Notes under the pieces: model-generated
Databases searched by the model: none
Told to the model about the DNA's origin: nothing
Seen by the model: only the letters and a program-made list of their open reading frames with translations
Shown here: positions 11,343 to 21,104 of the stretch, piece after piece
How positions within the stretch are numbered: position 1 is the stretch's first letter
Layout of the letters: each line of letters begins with the position of its first letter
Translations under genes and position numbers: made by a program
Assembly: GCA_965222575.1 (NCBI GenBank)
Contig: OZ244958.1
Span: 128,001-192,000, forward strand
Reading direction: 5' to 3'
Length of the DNA: 64,000 bases
Source: Alphaproteobacteria bacterium
GTDB lineage: Bacteria; Pseudomonadota; Alphaproteobacteria; G965222575

Positions 11343-11503
11343 GAGGAATTTTTAAGTGTGTCTTGCGTTGGAAAAATACTGCTACTGCCTTACAGTAGCC
11401 TTAAGAATAGTATAACAAGAGGGCAGGGGAAAGGAAAATTTTTTCGTGCATGTTAATAGGATTGGTGATATGCTCCTAAGTTAAGATAAGGGTGAGACAG
11501 GTT

Positions 11504-11812
11504 ATGGAAACGCTAGCCTTAATTTTTCATGTGATGATAAGTATCACGATGATTATTGCAATTATTTTGCAAAATCTAGACGTTTCTGGTGCCTTAGGCA
11601 TAGGGAACACGAATATAGGGTCAGGTGGGGTACGCGTTGATATGCCAACGAAGTTAACGGCATGGTTAGGGGTGCTGTTTTTTTGTACCTCTTTAGGCAT
11701 AGCGATGTTATCGGGAGGAAATCAAAGTTTGATACCGCCCGCACCGCCTAGTGTTCCGCAAGTCCCTCTTCCGGGTATTTCCTCTTCTGGTGAGGAAGGG
11801 TCTAGTTCGTGA
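11504..11812 (+). CDS. secG: Preprotein translocase subunit SecG
   Basis: Two TM helices, IILQ, KLTAWLGVLFF; upstream of pyrG. Confidence 0.85.
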   Translation: METLALIFHVMISITMIIAIILQNLDVSGALGIGNTNIGSGGVRVDMPTKLTAWLGVLFFCTSLGIAMLSGGNQSLIPPAPPSVPQVPLPGISSSGEEGSSS

Positions 11813-11846
11813 GGCAGGGAAGACTTGTCACCAACACTTCTGTGTA

Positions 11847-13490
11847 ATGCGAAAGTACATTTTTATTACAGGAGGGGTTATGTCATCCTTAGGGAAAGGG
11901 GTAGCCTGTGCTTCCATGGGTGCCCTTTTACAAGGATGTGGTTATCAGGTACGGTTGAGGAAGTTAGACCCGTATTTTAACATAGACCCCGGCACTATGA
12001 ATCCCTATCAGCATGGGGAAGTCTTTGTAACGGAAGATGGACAAGAAACAGACTTAGATTTGGGACATTATGAGCGTTTTACCAATGTGAATACCTCTGC
12101 TAATAGCAATATCACCTCTGGGAGGATTTACCAAGAAGTCCTGGAGAAGGAGCGGCGCGGCGAGTACTTGGGAAAGACCATACAGGTTGTCCCCCACATA
12201 ACGGAGGTTTTGAAGAAGTTTATTTTTTCAGGCTCTAAGAAGGAGGAGATTAACATTTTGGAGATAGGGGGGACGGTAGGCGATATTGAGTCACAGCCTT
12301 TTCTAGAAACCATACGTCAAATTGGCCAGCAGTTACCACGGAAAGATGTTTTGTATCTGCACCTGACTTACGTTCCTTACCTAAAGGCACCGGGAGAGCT
12401 TAAAACGAAGCCAACGCAGCACTCGGTAAAGGAGCTCAGAGCCATGGGGATACAGCCTGATATTTTGTTATGCCGCTGTGATAGAAGGTTGCCCTCAAAG
12501 GAACGAGAGAAGATATCGCTGTTTTGCCAACTCCCTAAGAGTTGCGTCATAGAAGCCATTGATACGGATAATATTTATAAAGTGCCGTTATTATTAGATG
12601 AGCAGGGGTTACCGGAGCAGGTATTGTCTCACTTTGAATTGCCGTCTAAGAAGAAAAACTTAGGGAAGTGGGAGAGGATAGAGAAGGCATTAGCAGCTCA
12701 GTCTCGTTCAAAGAAGAAAGTAACAATTGGTGTGATAGGGAAATATACAGGGCTTAGGGATTCCTATCGTTCAATTGAAGAGGCGCTTTTTCATGGCGCT
12801 CTTCATCATGGAGTAGACCTAACGGTACGATTACTGGATTCCTCGCGTCTTGAGAAGTCATTAGAGCCGTTAACCTCCTGTGATGGGCTATTGATTCCGG
12901 GAGGCTTTGGCACGCGGGGGTTAGAAGGGAAAATCAAAACGGCAGGGTATGCACGCGAGCAGCGCATTCCCTTTTTTGGTATCTGTTTAGGGTTACAGGT
13001 CTCCGTAATTTCCTTTGCGCGCGATGTCTGTTCTCTCAAGGGAGCAAGCACTATGGAAGAGGCAAAGACTCCGCCGGTAGACCCTGTGATTTGTACTTTA
13101 CACCAGTGGTTATCGGCTGGACTCGTAGAGAAACGTTCCGGGAAGGAATCCAAAGGGGGAACCATGCGTCTAGGATGTTATCCCTGCCATCTGAAACACA
13201 ATAGTCTGATTCAGAAAATTTACCAAAAGAAAAAGGTATTGGAAAGACACCGTCACCGTTATGAACTCAATGGGAAGTACAAATCTCTCTTTGAAGCCAA
13301 CGGTCTCATTGCCAGTGGTCTATCAAAGGACAATCAGTTGATAGAAGCTATGGAATACACCCCTCACCCGTGGTACATAGGGGTTCAATTTCACCCGGAA
13401 TTCGCTTCACGCCCCTTTGAGCCACACCCTCTTTTTGTTTCGTTCATAGAAGCGACTCTTATGAAGCATGAGAGCAGCAGTAAGGGGTAG
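11847..13490 (+). CDS. pyrG: CTP synthase
   Basis: MRKYIFITGGVMSSLGKG, GICLG, ERHRHRYE, QFHPE. Confidence 0.98.
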   Translation: MRKYIFITGGVMSSLGKGVACASMGALLQGCGYQVRLRKLDPYFNIDPGTMNPYQHGEVFVTEDGQETDLDLGHYERFTNVNTSANSNITSGRIYQEVLEKERRGEYLGKTIQVVPHITEVLKKFIFSGSKKEEINILEIGGTVGDIESQPFLETIRQIGQQLPRKDVLYLHLTYVPYLKAPGELKTKPTQHSVKELRAMGIQPDILLCRCDRRLPSKEREKISLFCQLPKSCVIEAIDTDNIYKVPLLLDEQGLPEQVLSHFELPSKKKNLGKWERIEKALAAQSRSKKKVTIGVIGKYTGLRDSYRSIEEALFHGALHHGVDLTVRLLDSSRLEKSLEPLTSCDGLLIPGGFGTRGLEGKIKTAGYAREQRIPFFGICLGLQVSVISFARDVCSLKGASTMEEAKTPPVDPVICTLHQWLSAGLVEKRSGKESKGGTMRLGCYPCHLKHNSLIQKIYQKKKVLERHRHRYELNGKYKSLFEANGLIASGLSKDNQLIEAMEYTPHPWYIGVQFHPEFASRPFEPHPLFVSFIEATLMKHESSSKG

Positions 13491-13500
13491 AGGAGATTTT

Positions 13501-14193
13501 TTACAGTGGGATGGTCTGAAGTGTTAAGGTTGTAGACCAACGATTGGTTTCCTCTTGGATAAGAGGTGTCATGTGTCCTTTGACACAGCGCCATACATAT
13601 TGATTGTGTTCGACAGCACCGAGAAAGAAAGGCTTTGTTGCAAAGTCAGTGACATGGGCAAACTCCTCCCAATGAGAGAGAGTATCAGGGGTGATAAAAG
13701 CGAAGGTTAAGGTTCCTTGTGTGAGGATATTGCGCAGGGAGGTGTGCAAAGCCCCTGTGTAGAGTTTTTCAAGTTGGAGTTCCGCCTGTTCTGTGAAACG
13801 ATAGGGGAGGAGTGGAGGGAAGACATTGAGTTGTTTCCCTGCTATCACATGAGAGGCATAGAGGGGGGTTTTGAGTCGTAAAGCGCCGTAAAAAGGTTGT
13901 GAAAATTCCAATGTGATGACGAAACGCTGAGGGGTCGAGAGTTTGGGGGGGTAGGGGGGGGTATAGTGAAACTGGATGGTGGGGGTTTGAGGAGGAATAG
14001 GGGCATGATGGTGGGGGTTTTCCTCTGATAGGAGGAGTGTGTGTGGGGTGTGGTTATGTTGTGTTGTGAGTCCTATGAGGGCTATATGTGTGGCATTTTG
14101 TAGTAGCGGTGTTGGGGTATTGCGGTCTAGTGGATATCCCAAAGGCGTGTGTTGTCCGAAGAGGAGTTTGAAATGGAAGGGTTCTGTTGTCAT
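13501..14193 (-). CDS. Phage-derived hypothetical protein (putative distal tail/hub)
   Basis: Directly follows the tape-measure-like gene; C-terminal RWSTTLTLQTI resembles distal-tail proteins; positional inference. Confidence 0.45.
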   Translation of the reverse strand: MTTEPFHFKLLFGQHTPLGYPLDRNTPTPLLQNATHIALIGLTTQHNHTPHTLLLSEENPHHHAPIPPQTPTIQFHYTPPYPPKLSTPQRFVITLEFSQPFYGALRLKTPLYASHVIAGKQLNVFPPLLPYRFTEQAELQLEKLYTGALHTSLRNILTQGTLTFAFITPDTLSHWEEFAHVTDFATKPFFLGAVEHNQYVWRCVKGHMTPLIQEETNRWSTTLTLQTIPL

Positions 14194-14871
14194 TTACAGT
14201 CCGTTATCTATGACAAGTGTTTTCAGATGAGCCCGTTTACGGTTTTGAGCGATTTCCATGAGGTCATCTAAGAGGCGTTCAGGGTCGTGTTGTTTTTGTA
14301 GAGAAACGTTAATAGTGATGTGTTGTTGTGTGTGTTGTGGTATTGGGGTTGGGCGCTCATCAGAAAGTAACCCTCCTTTTTTAAGCTGTGGAATTTTGTG
14401 TTCATTGATTTGTTTGAGGAGTGGATAAAAAGCTCTTGTAGCGCGTGCATTGACAATGAATTCCCCGTCTGAGAGGGCAATAATATTGGCATCATTTGTT
14501 GGAGAGCCTTTTCCTTTGAAGAGGCCGCCTTTTGAGAAAGAAGGGAAGGAGGGAGAGGAGGAGGAAGGGCTTTGTGAAGAGAGGGAGGTTTTGAGGCTTC
14601 GAAAGGATTGAGCAAGGTTTCTGTTTTGTTGTGAGAGGATAGAGACGGCTTTAGCGGCAGAGGAGAGGGATTGGGTATAGGCTTTACTATTGTTTTTCAG
14701 TATGTTGAAGGATTGGGAAAGGGTGAAGGTATATTTGAGGGTTTCCATGAAGGAGGCGGCAACGTTACTAGCGTGTTGCTTGAGGGTTTTGAGGGAGGAA
14801 GAGAGGGTATTAACTTGCTGTGAAGCGTTTTGAGTAGAAGCGGTGACTTCGAGTTCAACAGAAAGCGTCAT
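14194..14871 (-). CDS. Miniature tape-measure-like protein
   Basis: N-terminal Ser/Ala-rich helical region, then FSKGGLFKGKGSPTNDANIIALSDGEFIVNARATR (C-terminal tape-measure motif F-x-x-GG...LS-x-GEF-V). Confidence 0.7.
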   Translation of the reverse strand: MTLSVELEVTASTQNASQQVNTLSSSLKTLKQHASNVAASFMETLKYTFTLSQSFNILKNNSKAYTQSLSSAAKAVSILSQQNRNLAQSFRSLKTSLSSQSPSSSSPSFPSFSKGGLFKGKGSPTNDANIIALSDGEFIVNARATRAFYPLLKQINEHKIPQLKKGGLLSDERPTPIPQHTQQHITINVSLQKQHDPERLLDDLMEIAQNRKRAHLKTLVIDNGL

Positions 14872-14877
14872 GGGGAA

Positions 14878-15291
14878 TCAGGAGAGATGTTCAATGGAGA
14901 ATCTATCCATCCAGAAGAGTCCACTTTCTATGATATCCATGAGGGTACCCAGTGAGAAGAAGACTTTGAAGGGAAAGGGATGTGTGAGGAGAGCGTTTCT
15001 AACGGTGCGGCGTTGTTTTTCCAGTGTGATGATAGCACGCGAAGTATTGACGCGGGAGGAGTGTTGTGTTGTGGTGCCTTGGATACCGAAGATGACGCCA
15101 ACGGTAGTGGTCATATGAGCTGTATTGGTATTGCCTAGAGGTTCATTAGCTTTTTGTTGCAGGGGTGTCATGAGGAGGCAAGGGATGGTATAGTTTTCTA
15201 TATTTTGCGTTTGCAGGAGCCACTGAATATCGTGCTTACGGGCAAGAACTTCAAAGACCTCTTGAAATGGTGAGGTGATGAGGGGTGTCAT
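14878..15291 (-). CDS. Putative phage tail terminator/neck protein
   Basis: Position after gpG-like gene; 137 aa; C-terminal GLFWMDRFS resembles Gp37-like terminators. Confidence 0.5.
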   Translation of the reverse strand: MTPLITSPFQEVFEVLARKHDIQWLLQTQNIENYTIPCLLMTPLQQKANEPLGNTNTAHMTTTVGVIFGIQGTTTQHSSRVNTSRAIITLEKQRRTVRNALLTHPFPFKVFFSLGTLMDIIESGLFWMDRFSIEHLS

Positions 15292-15695
15292 GAGGAGCGT
15301 GTGGGGTTAAGGTCTGAGAGGATATCCTTTATGAGGGTTTGGATATGGTCGTGATGGAGTCCGAGGAAAGGTCTTGCGGGCACAGTTTTTGTTCCGAATT
15401 GATGGAGTGGTGCATAGTGGAGGGGTGAGCCAACGGAGAAAGCGTTGTGTCGGAGATGTATGAGGAAGGAATTTTTGAGTTGGCCGGTTTTGACGAGGGC
15501 TTTACGTTTGGGGCGTTGATTTTTAAGAGGGGCCCAATGTTTGCCGTCTGGGGTGCGTTGAGAGAAGAATCGATGACGGGTTTCTTCAAGAGCATGGTGT
15601 GCATTTTTTCGCAGAGCCCCTTGGATATTCATCTCCGCCATTCTTTCAATAGCATGAAGAACAGAAGAGAAATTGCGAAGCGCAAAACGCATCAC
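15288..15695 (-). CDS. Phage virion morphogenesis protein (Mu gpG-like)
   Basis: RFFSQRTPDGKHWAPL, LVKTGQLKNS, VGSPLHYAPLHQFG, VPARPFLG. Confidence 0.9.
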   Translation of the reverse strand: MMRFALRNFSSVLHAIERMAEMNIQGALRKNAHHALEETRHRFFSQRTPDGKHWAPLKNQRPKRKALVKTGQLKNSFLIHLRHNAFSVGSPLHYAPLHQFGTKTVPARPFLGLHHDHIQTLIKDILSDLNPTRSS

Positions 15696-16051
15696 TGATG
15701 AGACACACGTTGTGTTTGTACGCCCGCCATGAGAGGTTTTTTGTGTTCGGTATCGCCTAGAGAAATTTTTCGTTGTGCAACATTTTGTAGGAACGAAATA
15801 GCATCCTCATATCGTTTCGCAATGGAAGGCGGCACATCAAAGACAAACAACCGAAAGCAAACGATATCAAAGACAGCCGTTGCAATAGCTCTGATAGCCC
15901 ACTGATTAGTCCCTTTAGGCATAACGCTTGCGGTATAACCGAAGGCAAGGGCATTGCTATCACTGAGGACTTCTCTTAGGAGAGAATCCTGCCAAGAGAT
16001 ATCGCTAGCAGTTAGTCGGTCTTTACAAGCCTTGAGGTCAAGATATTCCAT
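15692..16051 (-). CDS. Mu gp36-like head-tail adaptor (DUF1320)
   Basis: DIVCFRL...KRYEDAISFLQNVAQRKISLG. Confidence 0.85.
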   Translation of the reverse strand: MEYLDLKACKDRLTASDISWQDSLLREVLSDSNALAFGYTASVMPKGTNQWAIRAIATAVFDIVCFRLFVFDVPPSIAKRYEDAISFLQNVAQRKISLGDTEHKKPLMAGVQTQRVSHQ

Positions 16052-16052
16052 A

Positions 16053-16928
16053 CTAACTCATCCATGGTGTAACAAGGAGAGAAGCAGAATCCTTCCAGAT
16101 ATTAGACGCATTAGAAGATACTGTGTCAGCATAGAGAATTTTTCGTGCATCCTCTTCTAGTGCAGGCGGTACAACAAGGAGATTCGGCATGATTCCTAAA
16201 GAGATGTTGTCTTTTCCTTTGAGGTTTTGGAGAGCCTGCCTAGCAGTTTTATAAGTCGCAGCAGAAAGTGCGGCCTTAGAGCCATAAGCGAGTTGCCAAA
16301 GCCCGAACCCTGCTGCTACGCGCGCCGTAACACCAAAGAGCAGTTCATCTCTACGATAAACAGTATCAGAGTCCATAGTATCAAGGGAATCGAAACGATA
16401 ATCCTTTCTGACTTGCCAAATGAGGGGTTTCAAAGCCTGAGAGGTATCCATTAACACCCAGGGAGTGTCTGATCCACCAGCAGTATTACTATTATCCGTC
16501 CCGCGCTCTGTTGAAAAGAAGGGCTTCCCATCGTAAGCTTTTGCTGTCCACCCTTCTTTGAGAAGTGAGAAGAGAACGGCATTAGGGTGCTGGGCTGCTT
16601 GTCGTCCGAGGATACGGGCTCGAGTGGCGTAGAGTCCATATTTATCGTCGTCTATATCATCCTTTTTGACAGAGATAGTCTTTTCGTACTTCTTATTCTT
16701 GATAGCAAAGGAGTGACCAGAGAGTTCAGACACAGCACGTTCGCCTATCCATTCTTTGAGGCTATGGTCATCGGAAAGCCAAGCATAATCTTCCGTATCA
16801 GAAGTCGAGTTCACAATAAGGGCAATCTTTTTATAGTCACCAGCTGCCGGAGAGACAGAAAGTCCTTCTTGGAAAGCGGTTTTGTATCCTGTGTTAAGCC
16901 GTAAGGTAAAATTGGTATCAAAAGTCAT
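16053..16928 (-). CDS. Mu-like major head subunit gpT
   Basis: EDYAWL, EWIGER, IKNKKYEKTISV, YDGKPFF, LKPLIWQ, GFGLWQLAYGS, LLVVPPALE. Confidence 0.95.
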   Translation of the reverse strand: MTFDTNFTLRLNTGYKTAFQEGLSVSPAAGDYKKIALIVNSTSDTEDYAWLSDDHSLKEWIGERAVSELSGHSFAIKNKKYEKTISVKKDDIDDDKYGLYATRARILGRQAAQHPNAVLFSLLKEGWTAKAYDGKPFFSTERGTDNSNTAGGSDTPWVLMDTSQALKPLIWQVRKDYRFDSLDTMDSDTVYRRDELLFGVTARVAAGFGLWQLAYGSKAALSAATYKTARQALQNLKGKDNISLGIMPNLLVVPPALEEDARKILYADTVSSNASNIWKDSASLLVTPWMS

Positions 16929-16972
16929 GGTCTGTATAGGGGATTGTGTGTTGAGGTTAAGGGAGGAAATTC

Positions 16973-17365
16973 TTAAGTAACAAAGACCCAAACTTTGCCA
17001 TCATCAAGCCCGATGACTTTGCCAAGTTCGGTAGAACCACTAGAGGTTTTAGTAACGGTATAGCTGTCGTGAATATGGACCTTTTTACCAACTTCAGTGA
17101 TTCCAACAGCAGCATTACTTGCGGCGTTCGTAAAAAGATAGGCTTCATTGCGCCTAATGACAATCTCTTTGTCACCATTCTCTCCTAATTGATTGTCCAC
17201 GGAATGGTCAGCAATACCAATAACAATAAGATTTTCTGCTTTTGTGGCTTCTTTAGCATATCCACCGTCTAAGATAACAATATGGCCTTTATCAATTTTT
17301 GTTTCGCCCTTGACAGGGACTTTACAAAGAGTTCCAGTAGTTCTTAAGGTATTAATAGCAGTCAT
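16973..17365 (-). CDS. Putative capsid decoration/cement protein
   Basis: Between protease and capsid; IGIADHSVDN..GENGD, VGKKVHIHDSYTV, GKVIGLDDGKVWV. Confidence 0.7.
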   Translation of the reverse strand: MTAINTLRTTGTLCKVPVKGETKIDKGHIVILDGGYAKEATKAENLIVIGIADHSVDNQLGENGDKEIVIRRNEAYLFTNAASNAAVGITEVGKKVHIHDSYTVTKTSSGSTELGKVIGLDDGKVWVFVT

Positions 17366-17374
17366 AATGTCTCC

Positions 17375-18253
17375 TTATGATGTAGTGTTCTGTTGATTAG
17401 CCATGAAAAGTGGGTAAGAAATGCCCATTTTTTGGCAAAATTCTTTATCGGATTCCGGCGCGGGTTTGAGGGAGCTTTTAGCGGTGTGAATAGGAAGGGA
17501 AGGCTCAAAGAGAGGTTTCAGAGCAGAAAGGATTTCTTCGCACTCTTTAGGGTTCTTTACAGCGAAACAGTTGATAGCAGGCCTTAAGGCTGGCATGAGG
17601 GCGCCGGATTGGATGGTTTGGTCAATGAGTTGCGTGAGTGGCGCTGAAGGCTGTTGTAGAGTCTCGTCTTTATGTTTTAGGACTTGCGTTGAAGCTACAG
17701 GGTTTTTCTTTTCCTGTTCTTTCTCATTATGGAAGAGAGAGGTCATATTGAGGTTAGGGATATTGGTTAAGGAAACGCGTTTGAGAGCAAGCACAATGAA
17801 GGCGTCGGTTTTTTTGTTATCGATTAAAAGGCGTTGTTTTTCGACTTTGAGGACAGGAGAGAGGGAGCGGTATTCTTTATTTTGGATAGCGTTTTTACCG
17901 ATTTCTGTCCATAGAATGCGGGCTTTGAGGGTATTGTTTTCTTGGAAGAGTTCTTGTATCCATCCAGCAGCTTTAGAACTAGCCCCTTTATCTGTGGAAT
18001 GGTCAAAGTCCACGGCAATGGGGAGGTCTGTGCTAAGGATAATGTCTTCAAGGCTTTTGATGATAAAGGGTCCACGTCCATCCTTTCCATAGAAGGGAGA
18101 TTGCGCGGGCAGGATTTGTATGATATGAGGAATACTGCTTTGGTGCGTTGAGGAGTCCTGTGGCACAATGAAGACAGATTCAGGAAGAGGCATAGTGGAA
18201 GTTGTCATAGTTTTGCTATTATGGAAGAAAGAGGAAAAGAAGTTCAGAGGCAC
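17375..18253 (-). CDS. Mu-like prohead protease/scaffold (gpI)
   Basis: IQILP, GKDGRGP, VDFDH, AAGWI, WTEIG..AIQNKEYRSLSPV, SLTNIPNL; alternative start at 18208. Confidence 0.9.
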   Translation of the reverse strand: MPLNFFSSFFHNSKTMTTSTMPLPESVFIVPQDSSTHQSSIPHIIQILPAQSPFYGKDGRGPFIIKSLEDIILSTDLPIAVDFDHSTDKGASSKAAGWIQELFQENNTLKARILWTEIGKNAIQNKEYRSLSPVLKVEKQRLLIDNKKTDAFIVLALKRVSLTNIPNLNMTSLFHNEKEQEKKNPVASTQVLKHKDETLQQPSAPLTQLIDQTIQSGALMPALRPAINCFAVKNPKECEEILSALKPLFEPSLPIHTAKSSLKPAPESDKEFCQKMGISYPLFMANQQNTTS

Positions 18254-18280
18254 TTTTTTTTTGACCGGGAGGATTCTGTT

Positions 18281-18613
18281 TTAGAGAGCTTTATGTACAG
18301 TAATACTGAGAGAGGCAGGGTTATTAGGAGTGATATGTAGAGAGCCTGCGAGGTCTCTGAAAGAGATACTGATACGCCACTGTCCGATTTGGTTAAAGGT
18401 CTCTTCGTAGAAAGAGAGTTTGATGATTCCTTTTTGTGCATTGTGTACGGAGGCCTGTGGAGATTTCAGGGCGGGGGATTTTTCAAGGGCGGCACGTGCT
18501 CTTATGTCCCAGATATCTGAGAGGTCAAGAGGCTGGTGTGTGTTCGTGTTGAGCAGTTGCAGAAGGAGAGGTGCAGACGAAAACTGAACGAGATGAAAAT
18601 GTAAAAGCGTCAC
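18281..18613 (-). CDS. Phage protein, BppU-N-like (baseplate/tail-fibre associated)
   Basis: PLDLS..., NAQKGIIKL, IGQWRISI, SITV pattern; by-eye resemblance only. Confidence 0.45.
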   Translation of the reverse strand: MTLLHFHLVQFSSAPLLLQLLNTNTHQPLDLSDIWDIRARAALEKSPALKSPQASVHNAQKGIIKLSFYEETFNQIGQWRISISFRDLAGSLHITPNNPASLSITVHKAL

Positions 18614-18622
18614 GATGGGTAT

Positions 18623-18826
18623 TTAGCTAACGAAGACAATGTAATGGTGAGCGGAGAGGTATTGATTTGGCGTGACAAAAGCCCCGGCAGTGAGACTGAT
18701 ATTTTTCTTCAGGGAAAAGAAGGCATTAGCAACATACACATTTCGACCATTAACTTCGAAGGTAAGGAGTGTAGAAAGGTTTTCGAGTGCTGTTTCCTGT
18801 GGAGTACTTAGTTGTGGGAGTGTCAT
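18623..18826 (-). CDS. Phage-cluster hypothetical protein
   Basis: ATG overlaps the upstream stop (ATGA); fills the operon. Confidence 0.45.
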   Translation of the reverse strand: MTLPQLSTPQETALENLSTLLTFEVNGRNVYVANAFFSLKKNISLTAGAFVTPNQYLSAHHYIVFVS

Positions 18827-19116
18827 GAGTTTTGTAAGAGGGTTTGCATAATGAGATTGGCTTCAGAGATTTTCGCAATGAGTTGTTGGTTCCATTTAAT
18901 AGTTGAGGCTTTAGCGAGGAAGAAAAGGTCTTGAATAGAGAAGCCGCCCCATGCGTTCTCATGATGTGTGCAGGCGTAAGGGTTTTGAGAGAGCAGTGTG
19001 AAGAGGGGGGTATTTTCTTTCATAATCCAGAATTTATTGTCATAACGGAAAAGAGGGTGTTGTGGAGTTTCGATGAGCAAGGAGTGGTTAGGGCTTCTGT
19101 CCTCTAGTTGATACAA
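18823..19116 (-). CDS. DUF1799-like tail chaperone extension (GT part), probably made by -1 frameshift
   Basis: WIMKEN..LF...GFSIQ pattern; lies in the -1 frame of the upstream chaperone. Confidence 0.55.
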   Translation of the reverse strand: MYQLEDRSPNHSLLIETPQHPLFRYDNKFWIMKENTPLFTLLSQNPYACTHHENAWGGFSIQDLFFLAKASTIKWNQQLIAKISEANLIMQTLLQNS

Positions 19117-19490
19117 AGAGGCCAGAGCCCTTGTGAGTTTTTTCGTTCTAGGGAGGTTGCGTAGTGTTTTTGAGTCTCTTCTATTCCGAAAAGGATAGAA
19201 AGGTAAGCGGTGACAAGAGCGCTTAAAACAGCAGGCATATTGAGAAGTGCGTGCTTGACTTGTTGAGAGAAAGCTAGTGGTTTATTGTTACGATTGACAA
19301 GGTCTGAAGCGTTGATGAAGGCTTTTTCCATGAGGAGTTTATCGGCATTTTTGCTATTGATGAGGCTTTTGATTTCGTGAGCAGAGAAGGTGAGAAACGT
19401 TGCAATGAAGGACTGGTTTTTTTCTTGTAGGGTGATGAGAGCGTTGAAGGGCACGGGACGTTGAGAAAGGATAAACATGCTGAGTTTCAA
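19104..19490 (-). CDS. Phage tail assembly chaperone
   Basis: Follows the tail-tube-like gene; NRNNKPLAFS..LL..PAVLSALVTAY..ERKN. Confidence 0.65.
   Translation of the reverse strand: MKLSMFILSQRPVPFNALITLQEKNQSFIATFLTFSAHEIKSLINSKNADKLLMEKAFINASDLVNRNNKPLAFSQQVKHALLNMPAVLSALVTAYLSILFGIEETQKHYATSLERKNSQGLWPLCIN
19137..19143 (-). promoter_or_regulatory. Programmed -1 frameshift slippery heptamer A AAA AAC
   Basis: In-frame CGA AAA AAC; the -1 frame reads KLTRALASLYQLEDR into ORF 18823-19116. Confidence 0.7.
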
Positions 19491-20419
19491 GTAGTGGTAG
19501 TGAAGGTAATGGAGATAGTTTCTGTATCAAGGTTAGTAGGCAAGGCTTGGAATTGGGTATTGAGCATGGAGATTTCTTGGAGTGTCTCTTTTTGACATTG
19601 TAGGAGGTGTGCTTTAGGGAGTTCTAAGGTAAGGGTTGAGTGCAGGAAGTTTGTGGTATCAGAAGTTGTCATGGCAAGACTGAAACTAATTTTTTTCTTT
19701 TGGAGGGGTTTTTGGAGGTCTTGAAGGAATTTTTGTGAGAGCTGGTTATGAGGAATGAGGATTTGAGTATAGGGTGTTTGGAACTGTTGAGTGATAGTGT
19801 TTTTCGAAGCGAGAGGGAGGGAGGAATTTTGGACATTGGTGTGGAGAGTAGCATCATAGAAAGAGAAGAGAGCATCGTTGATTTTACAGGAGAGGGTTTT
19901 AGAGAAAGGAGGAAGTGCGGGTAAGTCGGGCGTGGGTTTTTTTGAGGCTAGGATTTTTGGCAGACCAAGAGCTGAGAAGGAGATGAAGGGGAAAGGGTTT
20001 TGAAAATGGAAGGAGGCACTGATTTTGAGTTGAGAAATTTGGTATTGCGTTTGTGCATGTTGGAAGAAGAGAGAAACATCAGGTGTTGAGGCTTGTGAGA
20101 AGAGAAATTGGGTTGGGTCTCCCGGTTTTTTAGAAAAGCCACAAGCTGTGAGAAGTTGGAGATATGAAGGAAGTGGACTTAAGGAGTCTTTTTTTTGGGG
20201 AGAGAGGAGGCACTTGAAATCAACTTCTTGAGAAACGAAGGTGTTAAGAGTGAGTTGAGAAGAAGCCTTTGTTGCAAACGCCATTGTTGTGTTATCACTG
20301 TAGATTAGCTGTGTTCTAAAATCGAAGACCTGTAGTGGGATGATGGTTTCTATACTGTTTTGCGTAAAAGTACAGAATATAGTATGCGGGCGCTCTTGGA
20401 AGAAAGTATCTTGGGTCAT
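19487..20419 (-). CDS. Putative major tail (tube) protein, highly diverged
   Basis: 310 aa, LLTACGF motif, immediately upstream of the chaperone pair. Confidence 0.55.
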   Translation of the reverse strand: MTQDTFFQERPHTIFCTFTQNSIETIIPLQVFDFRTQLIYSDNTTMAFATKASSQLTLNTFVSQEVDFKCLLSPQKKDSLSPLPSYLQLLTACGFSKKPGDPTQFLFSQASTPDVSLFFQHAQTQYQISQLKISASFHFQNPFPFISFSALGLPKILASKKPTPDLPALPPFSKTLSCKINDALFSFYDATLHTNVQNSSLPLASKNTITQQFQTPYTQILIPHNQLSQKFLQDLQKPLQKKKISFSLAMTTSDTTNFLHSTLTLELPKAHLLQCQKETLQEISMLNTQFQALPTNLDTETISITFTTTT

Positions 20420-20443
20420 GTGCTTATAAGAAGAAAGGTTGAG

Positions 20444-20776
20444 CTAGTGAGAAAGGAATCGTTTTTTCCATCGCATGATGGTCTGCCTATTGACTTTAAG
20501 GACTTGAGCAGCTTTATAAGTGGAAAGAGCATGAATGACTTGCAAGTACTCTGGCTTCCATTTTCCTGCGCCCCTAGAGCTTTGTTTGATAGGGAGATAC
20601 AAGAAATCGCCGCCAAAGATATGAATAAGAGCCTTGGCTTTTTCATCCCCGACAGCAGAGCGGATTTTGCTATTTTTGTGTTTGGGAATATAAAGCCTTC
20701 CGCCCCCCGTGGATTGAATAAGACCCTGAAAAGCTTTTTCCCCTATTAAGTCTTTTACCCATTGAATAACTGTCAT
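20444..20776 (-). CDS. Mor/C-like transcription activator
   Basis: Duplicated GG-x-x-(L/F)Y(I/L)P motifs and a C-terminal HTH (AAQVLKVNRQTIMRW). Confidence 0.75.
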   Translation of the reverse strand: MTVIQWVKDLIGEKAFQGLIQSTGGGRLYIPKHKNSKIRSAVGDEKAKALIHIFGGDFLYLPIKQSSRGAGKWKPEYLQVIHALSTYKAAQVLKVNRQTIMRWKKRFLSH

Positions 20777-21104
20777 CAGAAAAAGAAAATCATTTGTAAT
20801 AAAATTACTGTAATAAGCTTTTTCCTGAAATTTTAGAGCAACTATAAAAAGGGGAAATATACCGATAATTGGTTAGTATGAAAAGATTTTTGGGGTCTCT
20901 TTCAGAAAATTGAAAGGAAAAAAATACAAAAAAATTCATAGAAAATTAATCTTCTCAGGAAAGATAAAACTCTAAGAGAGGAAACATGAAAAATGAACAA
21001 GGTGGTGCGTTAGCATTGCGGGTATTTTAGTATATATTACTTTACGCAAAAGGGTAATATAAATTATATTTTTTCTTTCTTAGCAAAAATACTCAAGAGG
21101 TGTA

